Source: Welwitschia mirabilis
Lineage: Eukaryota
DNA length: 20,000 nucleotides
Assembly (NCBI GenBank): GCA_051453625.1
Contig: JBOZIK010000001.1
Span: 49,704,239 to 49,724,238 of the forward strand
Direction of reading: 5' to 3'
Shown: positions 11,315 through 20,000 of the stretch, piece by piece
Layout of the letters: each line of letters starts with the position of its first letter
Numbering within the stretch: the stretch's first letter is position 1
The notes under the pieces: generated by a model
Told to the model about the DNA's origin: nothing
Seen by the model: only the letters and a program-made list of their open reading frames with translations
The model's database searches: none
Program-made: the position numbers and the translations under genes

Positions 11315-13515
11315 AAACCTTAACACACCTTAACTTTCATAATAGATTATGATTCATGGAAAATGTGCCTTTGCTATGAAGGTATACCTAGCAGTTTTAA
11401 ATAATAAACTAAGATGTTTTATTATAATGTAATTAATCCTAATTATCATTTTTACATAGCTAATACAAAGGTAGGTCAAAGCTTACAAGAACTAATCAAG
11501 ATGTTAAAGATATATTTGAATAGGAAAAGGATATAGAAATTAATTAAGGATTGAATTCCCTTTTTGAGATATCTTCTTCTAGGAATTCAAAATATATATT
11601 CATAAAAAACTATATCATGCAAACCATATCCAAGTAAGAGAATTTATTAAATATAACTTGGTTTCAAAGATAAATAATAAATTATTCAACATAGATTCTG
11701 AATATAATAAAAGCACAAGTAATGAAATGTCACATCCTATAATGAAATGCAGTAAAAAACTAAGGTAGTATGAAAGATATTACAAACTAACATATTAATC
11801 ATCTAAACCCTACAAAGCATTAAAAGAACAAAATGAAGAAATAGATACAAAACAACAATAAGAATGTTCTATTACATAACTAGTAATCTTATTTGAATTA
11901 GAGAAGGAAATTTTTACAATATTCAATCACACATCAAAGTGAATTAACTCATGATATAAGCATTACACAGAATACCAAATCATAGATCAAGATCTAGGGC
12001 AATGTATTACAAATGACACATAAGTGAGTCATTTCCTCATACCTAGGAAGGAAGAAAAAAGGCTTGAAACCTTATGATGAGATGAGTCATAATCATAGCC
12101 AATGGAATATCATATCTAAAGTAGCAGATTTCTAAGGACAATGATAAACAATGCTCTAATAATGGAGGATTCCAAGATCCATGATCAAGAAATGAATGAC
12201 AGATGTATGACAAATCAAGGATTATTAATTTCTGAGGTAGATTATGAATTTCTAACATGCTTTAGGGTTAAATATATTTATTGTTTTGTCCTTATTATCA
12301 AAATATGAGTAGTAATAAATCATCTTAAGTAGTAAAATATAGACATGTAATCCTTAGTCTTTATAGGCTATTTTAGCACTATGCTATAAAGTTAATATAT
12401 TAACTTATCATCTATTTATCTTGTTCTTTCTAATGAAACCTACTTAACCTTAAAAAGTTGATGGTGCTAGTAGTTTAGAAGGTGGCATTAGTCCCTTTTG
12501 CTTGTTTAAATCCAATAAAGTCGAGAAATCTTAGATCACTTGTAAATAAAATACCAAAAGTCAGTTATTCTTAATAATAATTTTAAAATTTAATGAGTAA
12601 AACATGTTTAAGATTAAATTAATTACAAATATGGTGTTTATAGCCTTAATAATATATTAATTTACTAATGCTTATGGGTTAAATATATAACAATTTAAGT
12701 GTAAATGGGCAACTATTTAATCAGGAAAAATTAATGGTTAGTTTAAATTTTTATATTGCATTTTCCTTTTGAGAATTAATAGAAGCTATTTTCATCCACA
12801 TCTCTTTCTAAAAGTATTATTCTTGGAATTTCAGTGTAGAATTTGTTACCCTAACTCTCCACTATGGATTTGAATGATACTTTGATAATTTTCATTCCAA
12901 ATAATATCTTCTTAACTATTAAAGGAAAATTTAAGTCATTTTAACCTATGATCTATTACTTACGTTTGAAAGATTTTGAGTTAATGCATAAATATTATTT
13001 AATCATAGTGTTAAATTAAATCTAGGTAGTTTTATATTAATGAAAAAATTAATTAAGATGAATATATTTAAAATGGATTATACACTTGATAGGTACAAGA
13101 TAGCGAATGTGGTGATTTCACCCAATAAAATAAGAAATTAAATGCACCAAAATGTGTTGCGTTTAACATAATTTAATTTTTTTGGTAATATAGATTATTT
13201 ATTTCATTAAAAAGGTTTCTTTTGCATTGCTAGGCTATTATCTATATATCAAAAATACTAAAAGCATTGAAAAGTTAAGGTTAAAAAATAAAAATAGCTC
13301 TAATGATAAATTATTATGGATGAATAGGCACTTTTACTTTACAAATTGTACAACATTATGGAAGGACAAAATAACTTAGATTGAATACTTAATTTCATGA
13401 CTCGAGTTAAACTGACCTTATACTTATCATTGGTGTTGTTATCTCTATTGTCATTCATAAAAGTAGTAGATATTTTAACCAATTAATAAACAACTCAGAT
13501 GTGAAAATATAAAGG

Positions 13516-13518
<3 letters not shown>

Positions 13519-13556
<38 letters not shown>
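13519..13556. repeat. (TA)19 microsatellite
   Basis: Perfect dinucleotide run. Confidence 0.97.
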
Positions 13557-13559
<3 letters not shown>

Positions 13560-14120
13560 TATATGTTCAAAGGTTTTGTAAGAAAATTTATTAGTTTATT
13601 TTGTGTTGTTAAAGAAGATGAAGCTTGATATGGGTAAGTAGTTAGTTATATTGCTTTCTTAGAAGTTGATGCATCATGAGACAATGAAGGATATCAATGA
13701 TAAGATTTATAAGATCGAATAAATTAGTATATAATGATCTAGAATACCTTGTTTATTATCATGAACTGTAATAAGTATTATGACAAAGGATCATAGGAAA
13801 GAGAAATTCAAGTATTTCTCTTGCAAGCATAGATTTTCACCATGTGCTACATGGTTTTCTTATTATGTGGTTTCATTTACTTGCTACATTAGAAATTTTT
13901 GCTAGTTTAGCTTACTTAAAATTTTAGCTTACTTAAAAGTATAACCTATGACTTGAAAATTAGAAATACGGGAGATGTAAGGTACTTTAGCCTTATAGCT
14001 ATAAGATGTATGGTTCACTTAAATGGTTCCTCTTAGAGGAGTTTCCTTAATCCATTCTTTTCGATTAATGGCTATTAACATTTTCGATAATCCACTCTTT
14101 TAAAGGGTATCAATGGATGA

Positions 14121-14174
14121 TAGTTTAACTAGTGAGACATTCATTCTCTATTTAAGAGGTTATAGGTTCTAGCC
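14121..14174 (+). other. Possible degenerate Pol III A/B boxes (tRNA-derived SINE-like relic)
   Basis: A-box-like TAGTTTAACTAG (14121-14132) and B-box-like GGTTCTAGCC (14165-14174) at tRNA-like spacing. Deviations from consensus are mostly C>T/G>A. Confidence 0.25.
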
Positions 14175-15615
14175 TTTGGATGGCCTAATTGGTATTATAT
14201 GAGGCCCTAGGAATAATTAAATTATTTATTTGGGTGACTGTGGTAGCCATATTCCTAAGGGGGAGGTATAGTCACTAAAAGTTTTGAGTTTGACATCCTC
14301 CACCTCACTCTTTTAATAAGTAAATTTTGAGGCCATTTTAGCACATGCCATTAACTATGTCCCCTTTCTAAGTTACTTTTAACATGTTGGTCCTTACCTA
14401 ATCTACAATTGTTATTTATTCTTATTATTTGTCTTCTTTTTACATACCTTGCTTTTGTGCTTATCATCTCTTTGTTTCCCCCTTGTCCTTTTCTTAAATT
14501 ATATTTACTAGATTGGAAGTAGATTGCTAATTATGAACATTCTATTTCTATAAAAATCAATTAGAAAGAAAGTCTTTCGATTGAAAAAAGCATATTTCAA
14601 AAAAGAAATACGTCTTTCTCCTCTTAAATCCTTTATTAATTTTAGATGTTTATGAATGTTAAAATCAAATTACTATCCAAGTCCAATGCTCCCATAAATC
14701 CTTTATTAAAAATGTGATAGTGCTCATATTATTTTGGGTCTTTCTAATAAATACGGAACAAATATACTTAGCAAATGAATTGATTTATCTTTGAAATGTT
14801 ACCTTACCTTGTGAGTGGCAAATAATCCAAGACATTCCATTAACAAAAAAGTATTTTTTTATTGAGTTGATTAAGATTGAAAGAACTTTGACATAAAAAT
14901 AATTTCGACATGCAAAAGACAATCAAAATTATTGATATTAAAATTGATATAGGCTCTTCATATGTGACTCCTTTACATATACATAAACAACCTTAAGCCT
15001 TTTTATTTATTTAAAAAAAGGTGAAGAAACTTATGTGCTTAAATTCACTTACCAATGAGCTCTGGAAAATATTAATAATAAGCTAAATAGTAACATCAAT
15101 AGTAACATCAAAAAGACTACCAGTAACATGAAAAGTTAATAGGGAAAAAATAAGGATTAAAAATCAATGCGCAGCTTGCTTTCTTATAAATTAAGCGTAC
15201 AGTTCTCCTTTGAGGAACGGCGGATATTCTTCCGGCGGAATTCTCGGTTAGTGAATCGTGTTTAATCTTTGTCTCTTACATGTCATTTATGTTTGATTGA
15301 GTGGCGCATTTGCAGTGGAAATAATAAATAAAGTAATATAAAAAAGAGCATTATCATCGTCGTTTTCAGGAGGGTCATGGGAAGAAAACGCTTTTGCAGA
15401 AAGGCCTGCGTTTTCCTTTCCTCATTGTTGGGTTGTCGTTGGTTCCTTAAAAGACGAAAATGATGGTGTCAGAGAAATTTTTATTTTTTCGCTTTTATTT
15501 TATAGTACGAGACTGTACCAGATACGTTCTCAGAGATGTTGAGGATAAGCCGCGGACCCTCGCTCCATTAATGGCGGGCCTCTAATTGCTCCCGATTTGA
15601 CTGGCACTGCTCAAG

Positions 15616-15675
15616 ATGTTTTCTTCCTTGTTTTCAATATCTGAAGCGGATTTTAGGGTCCAGGAAAAAGGGCCG
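15616..15675 (+). CDS. HIPP exon 1 (probable)
   Basis: ATG at 15616, 20 codons, then CCG|GTAATT donor at 15676 in phase 0, matching the phase-0 acceptor TGAACAG|ATT at 16077/16078. HIPPs commonly have a short first exon before the HMA domain, but this exon has no conserved motif of its own. Confidence 0.6.
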
Positions 15676-16604
15676 GTAATTCGATATGTTTTGTTTTTTA
15701 TGAGAGTAGGCGCGCGACTGTTTTCGATTTACAGACACTTTGTCGGAGAGAAACGGTCGCCTTCAATTCCCATTCGATTTGTCGCTGCAGTGCTTAGATC
15801 TTTCCATTCGCTTTCATATGTTTTTGAATCTGCTGTGTAGTCCCCACCTTCTTTTAAGTATACATAAGAGTAAGCGGTGAGATCGTAGGCGAACGTCGAA
15901 GCTTTCATTCTGGGAAGCTGCGAGTCATCAGCAATGTATATCGACTGGAGAAGACTGGGTAGCAGACGCAAAAGGCTCGTTTCACTTCAGGTCTTACTGT
16001 GAATCCGGTTCTCGGGATTTTGTTTCAGGCTTGATCTAGTGTTTCTTCTACTGACTCGCGTCTTTGAATTTGAACAGATTGTGGAATTCCATGTGAACAT
16101 GGACTGCCCAGGCTGCGAGAGAGCAGTGCGGAATGCCCTGAAGATGAAAGGTGGGTAACAAAGGATATCGAAATTCCAAAATGATGCGCCATTTCCTGTT
16201 TGCATTGCTTTTGCTTCAGATTAATTACCTGAATGAATAGCAGGAGTGGAGTCAGTGGAGATAGACATGGATCAGCAGAAGGTGACAGTGACCGGTTACG
16301 TGGAAAGAAAGAAGCTGCTGCATGCGCTGAGGACGAGGAGCGNNNNNNNNNNGGCAGGAAGGCTGAGTTCTGGACTTTCCCGTACGAGCCTGGAACTTAC
16401 TATCCACTGAGCCTCAGGAACGACTACCACAACTACAACTACAGCAGTTATTCGGGTGGCATTTTCAGGGAGAACACCTACAACTACAGGAAGCATGGCT
16501 ATACCAGCAGCGACAAGCAAGGCTTCGCCTACACTCGCCCTGACGACTCCGCCTTTGCCTCTTTCTTCAGCGATGACAACCCTCATGCCTGCTCCATCAT
16601 GTGA
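15616..16604 (+). CDS. HIPP: Heavy-metal-associated isoprenylated plant protein (HIPP), 3 exons: join(15616..15675,16078..16150,16244..16604), about 160 aa
   Basis: Spliced translation: MFSSLFSISEADFRVQEKGP|IVEFHVNMDCPGCERAVRNALKMKG|VESVEIDMDQQKVTVTGYVERKKLLHALRTRS-(10 N)-GRKAEFWTFPYEPGTYYPLSLRNDYHNYNYSSYSGGIFRENTYNYRKHGY...AFASFFSDDNPHACSIM*. It has the HMA M-x-C-x-x-C motif, the KVTVTG and KAEFW motifs, and the FSDDNPHACSIM CaaX tail typical of HIPPs. Introns are GT-AG with compatible phases (0 and 1). The orthologue number cannot be assigned by eye. Confidence 0.93.
16078..16150 (+). CDS. HIPP exon 2 (HMA domain N-terminal part, CxxC metal-binding motif)
   Basis: IVEFHVNMDCPGCERAVRNALKMK-G; acceptor AG at 16076-16077, donor AAAG|GTGGGT at 16151. 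Confidence 0.92.
16244..16604 (+). CDS. HIPP exon 3 (rest of HMA domain, Tyr/Asn-rich linker, CaaX box CSIM)
   Basis: Acceptor CAG at 16241-16243; VESVEIDMDQQKVTVTGYV...GRKAEFW...FSDDNPHACSIM; TGA at 16602-16604. The frame changes only across the 10-N gap at 16343-16352. Confidence 0.93.
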
Positions 16605-17474
16605 TTTGCCTTACTTTCTCTCTACGGAGGTGCTACTGGGTCACATAGAACTGTAAATACGGTGTTCTTTTCTGTATATTCTCAGTTGAAATATGTGAAA
16701 TATGGACGATATGAACATAAACGTAATTCTGTGGGTTAATTTGTTATTGTATGAATCCATTGAAGGACATGTCATAACATTCTGGGTCTCTGAATGGAAG
16801 GGAAACTTCTGGCTGTTTCCATAACCTGCCTTCGTAGAAAAAAATTATGAATGTAAGTAGCATGATTTGAGGATTATCTGAGCGGTGAGAGAGAGCAGGG
16901 GCATCATTTGAGAGCGAACTGAGACATCTGCAAGCCTTCTGGATAGAGCAATGGGACCAACAAACCAAAAAGCAGGCGAGCAGTGACAGAAAACGGAGGG
17001 AAGGGGTTGAAATCTGGGCGAAGTGTTAGCAGACGAAGGGCATATGGAATCTACTTAGCGTCCATATGTTTTGTTGCTTCTGTGCTCTTGGATAAATTAT
17101 CTGGTAACCAAGGATGAAAAGATAACATCATCTGCAGACGTCTGTGGTTTGTTGATGGTCAGTAAGCTTTCACGCTGAATAGTGATGTACACTATCATTA
17201 TGATAACGTCCACCACTGTCCTGGTGGTCGGTGTTAGAGAATCATTAAAGGAGACACGCCTTCACTTTAAATTGTTAAGCTTAGACTTTCTGACGGCCTA
17301 ACTTCAAAGACTTCAATCACTACAGTACCCACCTCAAAACCCTGTTAAATGGTCACTAATACACTTAAGAATATAGTCTTTCGAAAACAAAAGCTACGCT
17401 AAATGTTTAATAGTTTCTATTTAATGTTTTAAGGGTTAGATTTTCAAAAATGAAGCTTCTATTTTTGAAAAATG

Positions 17475-18160
17475 AATTTGTCCAATCCTAGATTAGAAAT
17501 TTTGAGTGTCTTACTTAAGGCAATTTTTATTCTTTTCACATTTTATTTATCACTTCAGTTACTAGCATATCATCTACATCTACCACTGTGTATGTAGATT
17601 TGCGCCTTTCAAATTTTCTAAACAATCTGGTATCCACATCTTTGTAATCACATAATCTGAATCCAATGGAACTTAAGTAATTTGCAAGCTGTATGTAACA
17701 AACTCTGGGCACTTGGTTTAGCCCATTTAGAGACTTGATCAATACACACCTTATGTTCTTTGCCTTTTTTTCTAAACACTTTGGTTGCATCATGTAGATT
17801 TCTTCTTCCAAGTCTTTATGGAGAAAGGCGGTCTTTATGTTCAATTGATGAAGATTCCATCTTTTTTATGTTGCCTAGGTAATCACTATTCTAATGGTAG
17901 CCCAATTTGCTGTTGGATTGAAGACTTCATTATAGTCAAGTCCTTTCTTTTGTCGTAGGCCTATAACAACAAGACAAGCTTTATGTCGCTTAAGGGTATT
18001 ATTTGCATTGTATTTATTGCAGAAAACCCATTTGTTAAGTAACATTGTGTGCCCTAACAAAAGGTCTATCAACTCCCAAGTACCACTTTTAACAAGACTA
18101 TTGTATTTTTCTTTCATGGCTTTTATCCAATGATCATGTTGAATAGCATTTTTAAATGAT
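17475..18160 (-). pseudogene. pol: Copia reverse transcriptase (RVT_2-type) pseudogene
   Basis: WIKAMKEKYNSLVKSGTWEL, KWVF, RHKACLVVIG.RQKKGLDYNEVFNP, LHQLNIKTAFLHKDLEEEIYMMQP, LIKSLNGLNQVPR, DVDDML (YVDD mutated), IKIALSKTLKISNLG. In-frame stops near 17866-17877. Confidence 0.9.
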
Positions 18161-18477
18161 GTTCGTTCACCATCAAAAGTCAAGTGGAGCTTGTCGTTGT
18201 CATCATCATCAGATGTATGTAAGCCACATTTNNNNNNNNNNNNNNNNNNNNNNNNNNNNNNNNNNNNNNNNNNNNNNNNNNNNNNNNNNNNNNNNNNNNN
18301 NNNNNNNNNNNNNNNNNNNNNNNNNNNNNNNTTTTTAACAAGACTATTGTATTCTTTTTTCATGCCTTTTATCCAATGATCATGTTGAATAGCATTTTTA
18401 AATGATTTTCGTTCACCATCAAAAGTCAATTGGAGCTTGTCGTCATCATCATCATCAGATGTATTCGAGCCACATCT
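18087..18477. repeat. 145-bp direct duplication flanking a 100-N gap (18087-18231 vs 18333-18477)
   Basis: Direct comparison gives 11 mismatches in 145 nt by my count, no indels. Confidence 0.9.
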
Positions 18478-18574
18478 AGTTCCAGTTTTACCCTTATCAT
18501 CATCACAAACATCTTAAAGAGTAGACTGTAACCAAGTACTTCGATGTCATCTCTGGTTACTATTAGCTTCTTTA

Positions 18575-19483
18575 GTTAGAGAACCTACTAAATTACTACT
18601 AGAACCATGATTAAGTATGCTAAGAGCACCAAATTGCTTAATTCCTATAGGTTGCAAAGAATTCATATCAATAGTAAGAAATAAAGCATGATTAGTAACC
18701 ATATCTTCCCCCTTAACCATAGGACATTGAGCATCCAATATGGTTACTGGGGTAGAGGAAGGACNNNNNNNNNNNNNNNNNNNNNNNNNNNNNNNNNNNN
18801 NNNNNNNNNNNNNNNNNNNNNNNNNNNNNNNNNNNNNNNNNNNNNNNNNNNNNNNNNNNNNNNNNNNNNNNNNNNNNNNNNNNNNNNNNNNNNNNNNNNN
18901 NNNNNNNNNNNNNNNNNNNNNNNNNNNNNNNNNNNNNNNNNNNNNNNNNNNNNNNNNNNNNNNNNNNNNNNNNNNNNNNNNNNNNNNNNNNNNNNNNNNN
19001 NNNNNNNNNNNNNNNNNNNNNNNNNNNNNNNNNNNNNNNNNNNNNNNNNNNNNNNNNNNNNNNNNNNNNNNNNNNNNNNNNNNNNNNNNNNNNNNNNNNN
19101 NNNNNNNNNNNNNNNNNNNNNNNNNNNNNNNNNNNNNNNNNNNNNNNNNNNNNNNNNNNNNNNNNNNNNNNNNNNNNNNNNNNNNNNNNNNNNNNNNNNN
19201 NNNNNNNNNNNNNNNNNNNNNNNNNNNNNNNNNNNNNNNNNNNNNNNNNNNNNNNNNNNNNNNNNNNNNNNNNNNNNNNNNNNNNNNNNNNNNGTTAGAG
19301 AACCTACTAAATTACTACTAGAACCGTGATTAAGTATGCTAAGAGCACCAAATTGCTTAATTCCTATAGGTTACAAAGAATTCATACCAATAGTAAGAAA
19401 TAAAGCATGATTGGTAACCATATTTTCCCCCTTAACCGTAGGACATTGAGCATCCAATATGGTTACTTTGTTAGAGGAAAGAC
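18575..19483. repeat. 190-bp direct duplication flanking a 529-N gap (18575-18764 vs 19294-19483)
   Basis: Direct comparison gives 10 mismatches in 190 nt by my count, no indels. Confidence 0.9.
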
Positions 19484-20000
19484 AAAGCTTCGAAGGATCA
19501 AGCTGAGAATCATTGTTCAAACTCTCTAAAAAGATGATGTCATAAGAAACTATGATCTTATGATGCTTTGAGAGATACACTCGATGACCCTTCTCGTCAG
19601 TTGGGTATCCCACAAAGATGCTAATGCGAGCATGTGCTCCAAATTTCTTACAATGTTCATGTGGAATATGGACATAGTGCTTGCAACCAAAAACATGAAA
19701 ATGACTTAACTTCGGCTCTTACCTGTAACAGATGCATGCCCCTAGGCACTGTCTTTCTAAGATGGCATGTGGGCGGTGGGTGGTGCTATCGAAGAAGTCA
19801 TCGTAGGGTGGCACCGATTGTTAGGGTGGCACCTAAAACCGAGGCGCGGGCGAAAAAAAAGAAAAGCGAATCAAAACAACAATGAATGAGGGAGCATCAG
19901 GAAAAAAAAGGGATCCAAAAGGAAAAAAATCAAAAAAGTGAAAAAACGATCGCGAAGCAGAGCTCGACATAAGAAGCCTTACATCAGGCAGAGAACAACA

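Larger units (their letters stand above)
6610..12692 (-). mobile_element. Decayed Athila-like Ty3/Gypsy element: 5' LTR (~11321-12692), PBS, leader, gag, partial PR, RT, RNase H, integrase N-half
   Basis: Domain order on the minus strand is gag-PR-RT-RH-INT (Gypsy), with recognisable peptides despite many stops and frameshifts. The right LTR boundary is approximate. Confidence 0.85.
17475..19745 (-). mobile_element. Degenerate Ty1/Copia retrotransposon fragment (integrase C-terminal region to RT; no RNase H seen)
   Basis: KLSHFHVFGCKHYVHIP..SIFVGYPTDEKGHRVY..IIVSYDIIFLE (~19715-19525) followed by RT, i.e. the INT-before-RT order of Copia. Confidence 0.9.

Noticed and set aside
13906..13938. 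Tandem TTTAGCTTACTTAAAA duplication (and ATAGTAACATCA x2 near 15087-15110)
   Set aside because: Ordinary short slippage duplications with no functional signal.
16155..16160. Alternative donor GTAACA 4 nt downstream of the exon 2 donor
   Set aside because: It would shift the frame with either NAGNAG acceptor, so it is not part of the productive model.
15729..16205. Minus-strand ORFs of 80 aa and 72 aa
   Set aside because: They overlap HIPP intron 1 and exon 2, have no recognisable motifs, and are expected by chance in GC-richer DNA.
16233..16342. N-terminus of ORF 16233..16604 (MNSRSGVSGD...)
   Set aside because: Wrong frame and starts in the intron; the real HMA frame is joined by splicing and offset by the N-gap.
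16296..16586. Minus-strand 96-aa Val-rich ORF
   Set aside because: Antisense shadow of the TAC/AAC-rich HIPP exon 3.
16981..17000. TGACAGAA resembling the miR156 5' end
   Set aside because: The match stops after 8 nt and I found no complementary arm.
18688..19329. Long ORFs of 213 aa and 193 aa, and similar ORFs at 641-868 and 2235-2450
   Set aside because: Artefacts of N-runs, which lack stop codons.

Overview
Plant nuclear DNA from a gapped draft scaffold (N-gaps at 730-829, 2248-2347, 7847-7856, 16343-16352, 18232-18331, 18765-19293). About 15 kb is AT-rich, CpG-depleted retrotransposon debris. It contains a TSD-bounded Athila-type (Ty3/Gypsy) element at 1939-4031 (-), a probable + strand LTR at ~5490-6609, and a decayed Athila-type gag-pol element at ~6610-12690 (-). 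A GC/CpG-richer island holds one host gene: a 3-exon heavy-metal-associated isoprenylated plant protein (HIPP; HMA motif MDCPGC, C-terminal CaaX CSIM) at 15616-16604 (+), which the ORF track only partly captures. A degenerate Ty1/Copia integrase-RT remnant lies at ~17475-19745 (-). I found no convincing undescribed biological system; the notable points are gene-structure details, TE architecture and assembly artefacts. All motif assignments come from manual translation and recalled family consensus, not database searches.
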